From Cystobasidiomycetes sp. EMM_F5 (taxonomy: Eukaryota): a DNA stretch of 63,373 nucleotides. The stretch spans positions 1 to 63,373 of the forward strand of contig JBPGPT010000057.1 in assembly GCA_051047955.1 (NCBI GenBank), in the 5' to 3' direction. Within the stretch, counting starts at the first letter, position 1; every line of letters starts with the position of its first letter. The notes beneath the pieces are model-generated. The model saw only the letters and a list, made by a program, of their open reading frames with translations. It was not told where the DNA came from and did not search any database. The position numbers and the translations under genes were made by a program. Of this stretch, positions 1-12,390 are shown one piece after another.

Positions 1-330
1 CGCTGCCAGATCCGCCAGTATTGCCGCTGTTGCTCTGCCCGGATTGCTGGCCAGAGCCACTGCTACCGCTTTGCCCGCTGTTCGAGCCATCAGTGTTGCC
101 GCTGTTGCTCTGCCCGGATTGCTGGCCAGAGCTGCCGCTACCGCTTTGACCGCTGCCAGATCCGCCAGTATTGCCGCTGTTGCTCTGCCCGGATTGCTGG
201 CCAGAACTACCGCTGCCGGTCTGACCGCTGTTCGAGCCATCAGTGTTTCCGCTGTTGCTCTGCCCCGATTGTTGCCCGGAACTGCCACTACCGCTCTGAC
301 CGCTACTGTCTGTGTTGCCATTATTATTTT
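1..330. repeat. Coding tandem repeat, 75-bp unit alternating as a 150-bp dimer
   Basis: gccgctgttgctctgccc recurs at about 23, 98, 173 and (one mismatch) 248. cgctgccagatccgccagtatt occurs at 1 and 151; cgctgttcgagccatcagtgtt at 76 and 226. Confidence 0.95.
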
Positions 331-2187
331 GACCTGTTTGCTGGGCTGTGGCACCAGCTCCCGATTGACCACCATCTGTGCCGTCGCTTCCGCCATCGTC
401 GCCGTTATTTTGGGGTGCCGCATCGTCATTGGGGAATCTCGCTTGATAATTAGGGACGCCAATGTCAGCGGCCAAGCTATCGAAGGCAGTCCTGTCCATT
501 ATATTGAACATGCTCGAGAAACCTTGGCTTTGGTAAATGCCAGACTCGAGAAAGGTGACATACTGACCCAAGCACGATGCGGCAGCAGTGAGCCCAAAGT
601 GCAGCCAAAGATACACAGTTACGACTCACATCGCTTGGTGCAGGGCTAGTGATCCCCTTGACCTGCAGCCACGTATCATACAACCCTTGAGCCGCTGTTT
701 TGGATCCCGCTGACCATTCAGCGTCTATTGTGGGACTCATAAGATCTGCGAGGTATTGTGGAATTGTGCCAGAAGTTACGGCGTCCGCGAAGTAGTACTT
801 CCTGAACTGTATACAGCATGCTTTAGTAGAGGCTGAAAGCGAGAGGCACACAGAGAGGAACGCACGACAGTGTTGGAGGAATCAAACATGTTCTGAATGA
901 AGTCCGGTACTTGCGCTGCTTGTTGAACAACTTGGCCATCACTCCCAATCTTGACGGCTGTGCCGAATTGAGCATTGTAGTTATCTGCAAGCTGTTGAAT
1001 GATCGTGTCGACTTGAGATTCGATGGCGGTATTGACCGTATTGTAGTTGGTTTGTTGGATTTGGTTATCAGTTCCTGCGTAGGGCTGGAGTCCAGCAGTC
1101 TGTGCAGCTTGAGTCTTGACACATTACGCAAACGTAAAGTGAGTCTCTGGTCAGCATTATCGAGGCTTTGCGGAGGCAATTTTATGGTGGAAGCATGGCT
1201 TACGATATCAAACTGTGCCCACCCATTCTGTATCTGTAGGGTGTTTGGGTAGTCGGTTTGGAGTTGTGCTTGAGTAGCCGCATCAAGAACTTTGTAATCA
1301 ACTGCCTGCTTGTTTGTGTCCGCTGCGGTTTCAACGGCGGTACCGCCATTACTGTTCCAGTATGAAAGATAAGTACGGAGAGTGGCCTCAGCGGTGGTCG
1401 GATCATCTGAAATTCGGGAAAGCCTGTGAGTCACTGTAGACATAACATGAACCGCCGGAGTTGAGACCGACCTGCAATCAGTCCAGCAGCATTGGCCGCG
1501 GCGATGTTGGTCTTGAGTGAAGGATCTTGTGAATTATTCAAGATATATTGCTGAACATCCTGTGGCAAATTGTTCCAGTCTTCGAGCGTGATTGCTGTAT
1601 TCCCGTTGATGTTGGCGTTACCAAGGGGCGAGACGACGAAATACTGTCTATATATCGTTGCAGTGACATAGGACCCAACGCTAACTGCAATCGCACGATG
1701 AAGATATGTCAGCTTCTGGTCGGCAGAAGACGGCTATGCACTACGTACGCACGAACACTACAGCGACTCCGCATAGTACTATGCAGCCGGCAGAGACTCC
1801 ATCCTGAGACGTGCACCAATCCACGTCGCCTGAACCTGTACCGGAGAGCATTGAGTGCCAAACAAATGGCAAAGGAACGCAATACAACCTACTCTGAGCA
1901 GCTTCTCGCTTGGACAGCCCATTTTTTACAATGAATTCGTTGCGGGTAGCCATCTTCAAACTTCTAATGTTACGAGCACTATTGCTAGAGTCGAACTGAC
2001 GCGAACCAAGAACTGGGCTGGTCGTAGTTTTCCTCGATTCGAGTGCTTGACGCTTCACACGATGACTGTTAGTGCCCGGAGGCAGCCGAAAAGATCCACT
2101 TCTCGCTGCCAATGGATTGTGTGCCGCAGCGCTCGTTGCGAACGATGTTGCCAGATGCAACGCTGCAACAAATGTGGGAAGAAGCAT
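1..2187 (-). CDS. Putative secreted protein with C-terminal G/S/Q/N-rich tandem repeats; multi-exon, 3' end runs off the window
   Basis: ATG at 2187 gives a signal-peptide-like MLLPTFVAALHLATSFATSAAA, followed by dibasic KR sites (RVKR, LSKR). Exons match ORF pieces 1741-2436, 823-1443 and 477-851, and an open repeat-coding frame continues to position 1. Confidence 0.7.
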
Positions 2188-3060
2188 AATGAATAAGGGG
2201 GAAAGGGAAGTCTGGCCAGCAGATGAAGGTATTCTGAAGATTATGTTAGTGTGTCGGAAAGAATGTGCTGTAATCTGCGTTTCCTGTGAAAAGCTTGATG
2301 GGAAGGGAAGAAAGCAGAACCTGTCAATGTCAGTGAAGAAGCAATGAGATGGAGGTACGGCTGTGGACGTCGCAGCGTTAAGATTCGCTTCCGCAAGGAT
2401 GACTTTGTTGGGACCCCGCCCGTTACCCGACAGCATCTCGCATCGCTACAGCCAAAAACGGTAATACGACAGGTAGGTCAGCAGTATTCAAATGCTGGTT
2501 TGTCTTCAAGTTGTTGTGCGGTGACCCCGAAAATGGCAACTCGCCATAGTCGGGTCGATGGACCGGACACGCATTCGGATGCAATGTGCTGCAACCAGCT
2601 AGATGGGCGTATTCGACGTGGCTCTGTGAGCTCCTCATCACGTCCCTGTTGCTGGAATACCATTCTCGTACTCTGGCTTCTCTGACAGGGCCGATCCTCT
2701 GGCCTTTCCAATGCCGTCTGATGCGGGCAATGTTGCTGAACTTATCATTATTCAGTATGCAGGGACACCGCCATGTGCAGCGCTGCAGCTGAGAACGGGC
2801 AGCTGCGCTTGCCTTTCATGGGCGGGACCATGATGTACGAAAATGGCAGGCGTTGAAGCTGACCCTTACAGGTGCCGCCCCAAATGGATCACAGCCCAAA
2901 CTTACCTGTATTGGTCTGCAGAGCGATTGTGAATCTGACAAGCTGACAAGCTGACGGGCACGACTCCAATTCTTGCATCGTTTACGTTTGCCCTACCCCA
3001 AGATAAAAGTTACCCTAATCTCCACACGATATAGCTGGTTCTAATCGTGTGTCAGTGATC

Positions 3061-6000
3061 ATGCTTACTTTCGTGTCGAGCAACGCTTGTTTGCTCCTCG
3101 CAGTCGCGTCGTCAATAACAACGCGTGAGTCAACGAGGAGCGGCGCTGGCCGCATCGACGAGCTGACCGATGGAATTTATAGTTGCCGAGGCGCATCAGC
3201 ATGCTGGCCATCGCCCAGTTCACAAGGTCCGCGATGCTACACGTTTTCAAAAGCTTGTGCTTCGTGGCGCAGAGGCGGCCTCTCAATCAGTGTCATCAGC
3301 CGCATATTCTGCCACAACGGCATCAGACGTTGTGAAACCATCATCGTCTTCCATGAGCTGGTCCTCAACAAGCACGACATCCTCGGAATGGTCATCTCCT
3401 CCATCTAGTACCGCCACTGCGTACACGACGCCGTCCAGCGCTGTGACCACTTCCAAGGCAGAGGCCGCATTCACCCCAACAACAACATTCTCACCGTCAC
3501 TGTCTTCAACATTCTCAACCTCCACGACTTCCTCCTCCTCGACGTTGTCGTCCTCTTCTTTAACTTCAACGTCATCTGCATCATCGTTCACATCCACCAC
3601 AAAGTCTGGTAGCTCGAGCTCATCAATGCTGTCCAGCTCGTCATCGTCATCATCCTTTTCGTTAACTTCCGCAACGTACTCCAGCATTGCCCCTTGCGCT
3701 ACGGGCCAATGGTGAGTTCCCTACAACGCCAGCCAAATATCCACATTTCCGGACTGAGAAAATGACGCTCGCACAATAGCGACGCCGGCTGTGCTACTGG
3801 TTCGATCAAGGATCCCAGTACTGGCAACTGTATAGATATATCGTCCGATATCAATAACTGTGGAGGCCTTGGACTTGTCTGCACCACACAAGACTCACTC
3901 GGCCAAACAACTTGCTACCAAGGCGTATGTCAAGACTGTGGACTGGGAGCTATGGGTTATTGGGACAGTCTCTTCAACGAATGTAGCGCTCTAGAGGTAG
4001 TTACCTTAGGGCAGCATCGGAATTTTGGCATCATACTGATGTATCCCTCCTTCCAGGATAACTTTTGCTATACGCTGACCGACCCCACTGCATCCGCGCT
4101 GAATGGTGTATTCGGTATGTTGTCTTACATGCCGCTCCGTCATGTTCGCGCTGATTATGATACATTGCGTGACCGCCTTTGTAGAAAAGTGTAATGTATT
4201 GAACTGGTTCACTACTTTTTCAAAACAGAATGGACTCGACACAATGGAGTAAGCTCTCTTCTGCGTGAAGTCTGATACGGGGGTGCTGACCAGATTTATA
4301 CGCATCTAGCACATCGTCCGAGACATTCACGCACGCTTTCGCTGCTGCACTAGGGGTTGGATACACATTTGATTGCACACCGTACGGAATCTACTGTACT
4401 TTCAGACACATTTTCGGCTAACCCAGTCCTGTACTTCAGGGCGGCACCGTGTGAGAATATTGATACTCCTGTTGCACCATACTCCCCTCCCGGAAGCACG
4501 GATCTGTACTATCGACAAGGTAAGTCAAATGCTTCGTGAACGCCGTGACACGCCGTGCTGACGAGGGTTGCTTGATACATAGTGCAATTTGGTGGCTGTA
4601 GGCACTCCGGTGAAGCTCCGCAGTTTGTACTTGACTGACTTGTGTCTCAATATTGGCGTTTTACAGACCTTATCCTGGAGGCTCTAAGCAATTACAATAA
4701 CATAGCGTGCGTACATTGAGTGACTCGGAAGAGCGCAGAGTAGCACGAAAGGTATTGATGTACGCCCTCTATGGTTTTTGACAGATGGAACCTCATCACT
4801 AATGCAAACACGGCTTTGCTACACGTCGACAATCTTTTGGACAACATTGTGGATGGATTCGGACTGAGCGCACAGCCTGCGGACAACAGTATGGATCCAG
4901 TGCAGCTATCCTCAGTGTGAGTAATTCCTGTAGCCTATCCGTCTATCCGTCTATGCTCATGCCTCGGAGCTTTCAACAGCATTGCCAACGCTCTCCTTGG
5001 CATCATGATGCTGGCGGCACCCGAGACAATGCCACTCGACATGGCGCTCATGATCGGCAACTCTGGGTTCATGACCTGGTATAATCAGCAAACCAAGGAT
5101 GATCCGATGACACCTAGTACGCACGCAGGCCACTTGTCGACTTTGACGCATTGCTGACGCAGGCTACACCAGTACCGGATCTGAATGCTGCTTCCTACAC
5201 TGCAACTTTGGACCCCATAGTTGTGCGTATGAGCCCGCATGCAGTTCAGCTATATCACTGAGATCTCGAAATCAGTCCTTCTATACAAACCAGCAGAACG
5301 CAGCCGTTGTCGATCGCTTTCAGAGTAAGTTCGATCCTCGGAATACATGCACAAGTCCAGAGCCTCATGCTGATGCGGACGATTGCAGCATACGACAACG
5401 TGTATGCTCTGATCTCGATGCCTGGGATTGTCGATAGTCTCATTCACGCATTCCCCGGCTACGACAGCGTCAACGATATGGTGACATACCTAATGGCAAA
5501 CTTGCTCAACGATGTAAGGCTTACATGCATCAGATGGTTAGAACGGAATGACTGAACCTTCTGTGCCAGATTTTTCGCGACAGACAAATCTTCTTCACGA
5601 CTCAGGACTATGGCGATACACCATCATGTCAAGCGGCATTGTCAGGTACAGCCGCAGCAGCGAATGGAGCAACCTGCCTCGGCAGTCGCTTATATTACGC
5701 AAATTATTGGCTTCAGACCTTCCCGGCTATTGACAGTCTAAGTGATTGCCCCGTCAGTGCCCTGTCCCCCTTTTTCAGTTGATTCGTATCACCCCGACTG
5801 AATATTCCGCACCTTCTAGGCCGCAGCCATATACGATGCTAGTGTAGGTGTAGGTCTGAATAGTGACCAGCTGCAGAGTATCGCCACTGGATCGACATAT
5901 GGTTTCTCTCTTGATGTCCTGTAAGCGCTCGAACGTCCAGCACGACTACAGCGTCTGCTTACAAGAGCCTCTCCATATAGCTTTACCGCAGCGCTTGCTT

Positions 6001-6707
6001 GCTCAACTAGCTCCATCAATCTTTGGGGAGGCTTCCCATTGACCGATGATCCCCAGTATTTCCCGCAGCCGACAGGGTTCTCTGGACGATTGGCAACAGA
6101 CACCTGTGTAGTGAATACCCCGGTTTGCGATGTCAATGACGCCCAACTCAACGCGTACTGCAAAGCTTCCAATGCGCCTGTCGATTGCGATACGTTAGAG
6201 GGTATTTCTCTATACTGTGCGAATCGTGAGTATTTGAGTGAAAGTCGTACGAGGAAGCAGAGCTGATTGATTTTTGGCAGAGCTGGGAGTAACCACAGGA
6301 CTGTACAACTTCTGCTCGACGCTCTGGCCTCAGGGCTACAAATTTTGCACCGAAGCGTATTCCCAGGCTCAGTCAGCGTAAGCTTTTATTCGACATTGTG
6401 CTGAAGGGCAGGCTGACATCCCGCTCAGCCCAAGCTGCGGCGTTCCGATGGGATATCCGGCGAAAAGAAACACCTTGAAGAAGCGAACATGCAATATGGG
6501 CGGAAACTATGGCTATGCTAACTGTGCGCAGGCGACGTGCACTTCAGACTACATCGACTACAGCGATCTATGTAGGTTGCACACCCCATCTACGCCTGTG
6601 AGAATGACACAGCTGAAGGTGATGCAGTCACGGATTACAGTTGCGATGCATCAACGACGACGTTCAACCCTTATGCCTCGTCCTCGAATTCGTCTTCTTC
6701 GTCTTGA
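3061..6707 (+). CDS. Putative secreted protein with Ser/Thr-rich stalk and Cys-rich (STIG1/PriA-like) module; many exons
   Basis: Signal-like MLTFVSSNACLLLAVASS, intron gtgagt..tag, Ser/Thr run at 3300-3700, then CIDISSDINNCGGLGLVC...CYQGVCQDC. Cys-rich C-terminal part follows KKR; stop TGA at 6705-6707. Confidence 0.7.
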
Positions 6708-7239
6708 TAAGGCAAGCGTAAAAGGGTCGTTGCTTGATAGTCATACGCTGTTTACAGCAGCGATCCACTTGGGCAAACGGTTGATGGCGGGTCAGACTGT
6801 GTATAATAACGATGCACTGAATCGCGTTGCTCGGGCGAATGTAGCTGTGACTGTGACTCTGTCAGTATACCAACAGCATGGATGTACACGCAATGAGAGG
6901 GAGGTTCCGGCTTCGTGTTTATCGTGTCGCAATAGAATCATGACGATGCTTGTCGGAGTCCATGCGAAATGGCCGAATTATTACACATCGTCCGGAGAGG
7001 TTTGCACAACTAAGGTGACCGAACGCGTCTGCCTTGAGAATCTGCATTAGATTGCTCTCTGAGGAATTAAACACTGTCCCGCAGCAGCTGTGCACGTCGT
7101 CGCCGTCTTGAACGATTGTCAGTCTGTCTCGCATTGAGCACCGCTTCTGCCAACGCCAAACCATGAGTTTTAACCATGCTTGCTGAGACTGCTACATAGT
7201 CGTCCAGTCAAGTCTGCACTGACGCTGAGCCTCTTCACC

Positions 7240-9767
7240 ATGTCCAAGCTGAAGAGAGTCTTGACGAGCTGGTACGAAAGGCCTGGCAGCGTCAACAGCC
7301 AAAATATCAACGGAGCCAGACCAGCAGAAGTGGGCAGCACGAGCAGCGAAGACAGCGAAGACAGTATAGCATTGCAGCGGCAGCGCGTGAACCACGCAGC
7401 TATTGACGGATTGGTCGACGACGAAGAAGCACAAAACAAGGACGCTGCCAGTGCGGTGCAGGACGATACTGATATCGGACATGACGGGCAGCTTCAAAGT
7501 GGAAGCGCAGCTGCAGACTCGACGACAACAACGACGGCAATGAGGTCGCGCAGAGTAGCTGCGGCAACGAATAGATGGCACCCGCCACGCGAGAAGCCCG
7601 TAACATCGCTCGAAGACCATACAAACCATCAGCATCTTCCCATATTCCTGTCTCGCATCCTTCGATGGCTTGCATGTCTACCCATCATCAAGTCAATATG
7701 CACCTTCATTGCCGGTCCCCCACATTCACAATGCCATCCGCCAAGAATGTGGCGAATATACCCCCTAGAGCGGATAGAGAGGCTGTTGGTACGCTTCACG
7801 CGCTACATACGCTACCCATGGGCTTTGTGGATATTCCTGCTTGCTTGGTTTCTAGGTACATGCTTCCTTACGCGCGCAGCATGGTACAATGGAGCGACTG
7901 GATCTTCATCCTCCTCCTGGGTGTCAGGAGGCACCGCTTACTGGCAAGCGAATGATGCCTGTGGGTTGTACGGAAATCAGTGCGGTCCATTTCAAGGCTT
8001 CAACGCGTCATATCGATGCCCTTCCAACCAGTTGTCCGTGAAACTACTAAACAATCGAGCGTAAGTCTGCAACTACGATCTCCGTGATCTCCGTGATCTG
8101 ACCGTTCTGACTGCATGTCATATCGTACCAGTGTCGGAATACAAGAAGTCTTCTACAAGCCTTTAGTCGTCGGTGGGGGAGACGAACTGGGCACGTACAG
8201 AGCAGATTCCTGGCTGTGTGCAGCGGCAATACATCATGGCGTTTTCAGCGTGAGTTGAGGAGCTGTCATGGCCCAGAAATAGCCCTGAACTGACATTCCT
8301 GTGTCGTGAATCGACAGGATGGCAACGGCGGATGCTTGACTATCCAAGCTGTTGGCAACTATACCAACTTCATCCCCTCAACAGCTAATGGCGTCTCATC
8401 AATCGGCTTTCCCAGCACTTTTCCGTTCGCTTATCGCTTTCTGCCAGTCTCGCAAACTGACTGCAAAGATCTGCGAAACGGCATTCTTATATGGAATGTC
8501 GTCATGTCTGCAGCTTTTGGCTTCCTGATGCGTACTACAGCTGGCGTATGGTATTGGGTATGTGTCTGCTTCGGCTACTGGCAAATCACTCTTGCAAGCG
8601 ATCCAAGAGACTATCCTCGTGAGCCTCCCCTCCTCGTTTAGGCATACACAACTGAAGAAAGCGTGGTCGAAACCGCAGCACTATTGGCTGATGCATTTGG
8701 CTCGTTCCTGCCGGCGCTCTTTGTATGCTACGCCTTCTACCGCTTTGCTTTCAGATGGGTTCTGCCAGCATTCAATGACAAGATATTCGAAAGGACAATC
8801 CTGTTTCTCGGGCCGTACTGGGTGTCCATTCTTACAAATGTACGTTGTGCTAGGTATGGCTGAGGAAGTGAATCCCTCTAATCCTGGCACTAGTATACGT
8901 TCGATCAGCTCCCTGTTGATCGCTTAACGGCTGCTGATATTCGGCAGACACCCAATGGCGTGATCACGGTTGTCATCATTGCGGTCGTAGTATTTTGTGT
9001 AGTGAGTCACATCATTTGCGTGCATACTGATTGATGCGCCGGAGATACCTGACTGGCTCCTGCGTAGGCTGTGAATCAGATTAGGGTAGTGCGCACTACA
9101 GGATGGCTACCATACTACCTTGGCTACTACGCTTTAGGAGGAGCTGTTATCTTGATACTCAGTCAATTGCCGGGCTTCGTACTCCGCATGTACGTTTTGT
9201 CTCTGGATACATCTCGTTTTGCGCTGAATACCCCGTTTCTGCAGACACCACTATATTATTGCTATTGTCCTGTTACCCGGTACGGCATTCCCTACTCGCT
9301 TCAGTCTGGTGTATCAAGGGTAGGTGCGCAACCTCTCCAAGCAAACCTAAGCTAATTCGACTCCACTTAGCATCCTGCTTGGCTTGTTCATCAACGGCAT
9401 TGCCCGGTGGGACTTTGACTCAATCCTGCAGACGCCTGCCCAGCTACAGCGCGACGCTCCGTTGGGGAGCGATTTGCCTTCATTCAATCTCACCTCCACA
9501 ATAGATACGGCGATGAAGCTAGTGACATGGTCGCCTATTCCTTCCAACCTTACTGCATCTTGGAACGGATTCGCGCTCATCGTCAACGATGTTCTCGTCT
9601 ATACTGGTTCCAATACGACTTTTGCAATGACCAATTACTCAACAACTGTTCCTTGGTTCTTGAGACTGGCGTACCAGCAAAATGGAGCGAGTGGTGACTT
9701 TACAAGGGCAGCAATTGCATGGCTGGGCAACGGTACGTGGATCCCGCCAGCCGCGGGAGCGTCATAA
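7240..9767 (+). CDS. LCCL-domain multi-pass membrane protein
   Basis: CGLYGNQCGPF, PLVVGGGDELGTYRADSWLCAAAIHHG and NGVSSIGFPSTFP motifs, several transmembrane segments, and C-terminal FLRLAY..GDFTRA typical of fungal LCCL proteins. Confidence 0.85.
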
Positions 9768-9975
9768 CTGCAAGGTGAGCAAGCATGTCAGACGGACACT
9801 CTGTACATGTATGTAGACCTCGTCATCGTCAGCTGTTGTTGTTGAATATCGACTATCCCGAGTTTGGCATGCCAAATGTAGCATTTTGTGAGGGAGGAAA
9901 GGACATACGTGCAATCCAGTCGCAGCACAACAGGGCGAGGTATAGTATATAACACGTAAGGTACTGCCACAGTGC

Positions 9976-11974
9976 TCATGCAGGGGCTTCAGCCGATACA
10001 GCGTCCTCGACTTGCAACTTGCTGACTCCATCTGCAGTAGCATCGACAGTCGCATCCTCCTCTGCGTCTGCGGTAGCTGTTGCCTCTTCGCCCGTTCCGC
10101 TCGCCTGATTTTTGGCTTCCGCCTTAGCGATACGCGCTTCGGCAGCAGTGGTGCGCTCTTTCGTCACGCGGTCCTGTTGCACACTTCAGTCAGCGACTCG
10201 TTGGCCGATCGAGGTCGGCTTGTAACACACCTGGTTCTTTTCGAAATGCGCCTTCTTTTCTTTCAACGCATCGACAGTCTTGGAAACTTCGTCTCGGCTG
10301 AGAGGTGGGCTGATGTTGAATTGAAGCAGAGCCGCCACTGTACCAAATGGCACGTTGAGCGGTGTTGAACCAGAAGTAGCAGACTCTGAGGAAGCTGCTG
10401 CAGGTGCTGACGTTGATTGGCCCTTTTTGCCTTTCTTGCCCTTCTTCAGACCGCCATAGCCGCCTACATCTTCAGTATCACCGCCCTTCTTCTTCATCAG
10501 AGTGCCTTCCGGGAGCGCATCCTCGACTTTGCGGAGTTCTAATTGCGGAACATTGGCAAGTGCTGCAGATGTGGCAGGCACGGTAGACAGCTTTGGTTCT
10601 GGGACACTGGTCGACGAAGAACTAGTGAAGCGAGAAAAGTAGTTGATGAGTGCGGTACAGTCTTCAATCTCCAGAGCAAAGGCGGGCATTCGAGCTTCTT
10701 CAAGCAGCCTTTCATTGATCTCTTTGCGCTTCTCGTCCTCGTACGCGCGACGTTCAGCCTGCTGTCTCTCAATTCGTTTGGCGCGTTCGTCATTGACGCG
10801 AGTGACTGGAAGAGAGATAATATTGCCAAATTAGACGTTGCATAGCGGGTGACGACATTCAAGCCGTGCTCACAGTACTTGTCGTTGGCCTCTTTGAAAT
10901 TAGCCGCAGACTCCTTCTTGCGTCCCCATAGTACATTGACTTCCTCGTTGAGACGGTTGCGCTCGTCGTATAGCTTGTCACGGCTTGAGTTGACGGAATC
11001 CAGTTCCTTGTTGATATCGTCGAGCTCAGTCTGAATAGCCGTATATCTCTCCTGCAGACCCTTGTACTCGGAGTTGTCGAGCTTGTTTCGCAATTCTTCA
11101 ATCTTTGCCTTGTCGGCATCGATGCCGTCCTGCTGTGTCCCGAAACCATCAAACGTCTTTCGCGATTTACGAAGATCAGAAATTTCGGAAAGAGCGCGCT
11201 TCTCGTCTACAAGGCGCATAGTGCCACTTTCGACCTGCTTCTCGAGATCCCTACGGGAGACAGACTATCAGTGACTACTAGGAAAAGAGCGGAAGCGCGT
11301 TGGCTTTACTTTATCCGCGCGTCTGATAAGCCACAATTATCAGCAAGAGGGCAAAAGCACAATACGACGGACACTGACCAATTTCGGCGGTAGACTTGTA
11401 GCTCGTCTTTGACTTTGCCCCTTGCATGTCCTTGATCTTCTTTTGCATGCCCTCCTGAAGCGATTTGATTTGATTGAGAGTACTGTTGCGCTCATCCTTG
11501 TGTCCAGCAGTCTTGGTACGTAGCTCTCCCTGCTCTGCACGCAGGGCCTTGCGTCTTTCGCCCGCCGGACCATGTCCTGTTGAATCGGCAATCTTCTGCT
11601 TAACCTTGTCCTGGTGAGACGAAACCAGAGCCAACACATCAGACGACTATCAGCTATCGCTGTGCTCCTCACCAACTTACCAGCTGTGCTTGTTTCGCTG
11701 CCAGCTGGCCTTTAATCTTTTCCTGTTCCTGATTGTACAGGTCACGGTCGGGCTTGGACGATGTCGGGTAAACGAGCAGCGGTTCCTCTGATGCGTTAGT
11801 GGGATTGGAGGGCGCAGACGGTGTCGACGTGCCATTCGTAGAGGCAGCAGCGCCGTTTGTTTTGGCAGCTTCGCTTCCATTGCCGGCGGATTTGCCCTTT
11901 TTGGCGGCGCCAGCACCTCCAGCAGCTTTCGCTTTACCACTTCCAGCCTTTCCGTTTACTGCTGCAGTCGACAT
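9976..11974 (-). CDS. BFR1: Nuclear segregation protein Bfr1 homolog (coiled-coil)
   Basis: SKPDRDLYNQEQEKIK, SGTMRLVDEKRALSEISDLRKSRK, long coiled coils and PPLSRDEVSKTVDALKEKK. Confidence 0.8.
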
Positions 11975-12390
11975 GGTTGGGTGAAGATTCCAGGTCTGGT
12001 GTGGGCAAATCCAAGCAGTTTTTCGGGTCGGGAAACAACTTTTGGAATTGGAAATCTGGTCAGGACCTTGGTTCCATTCGAACTGACAAATGCTCAGCGC
12101 GACTTGAAAACTGCTGCAATTTCATCGTCCATACACCTGACTACTTCAGACGCGGCTGACGATATCTTCGACTGACTCTGTTTTTTCCGGATGCGTTCCC
12201 GCTTTTATTAGCTACCTTTGTACAGGCCAAGCTTGGGACACAACTCGGAGCGCGTAATGTCGCTGAGACCATTTCATGCTGACTAGTGCTGTATCTGACC
12301 CTGAAGCGACGAGCAATAGTCGACAAACAGCTTAATATAATCTCTGTTTTGTGCATCCTCTGATGCGCCTGTGTTGACGGCAAACATCCT

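Noticed and set aside
1..330. Repeat array as CRISPR-like
   Set aside because: Units are contiguous multiples of 3 with no unique spacers, the context is eukaryotic, and there are no cas genes.
44..649. 201-aa Ala/Leu-rich plus-strand ORF
   Set aside because: It is the antisense shadow of the minus-strand repeat-coding exon.
3283..3687. Acidic minus-strand ORF
   Set aside because: It is antisense to the Ser/Thr-rich exon.
2935..8099. Short tandem microrepeats (ctgacaag near 2935, ctatccgt near 4935, gatctccgt near 8077)
   Set aside because: Each has only 2-3 copies in non-coding DNA, consistent with ordinary slippage.
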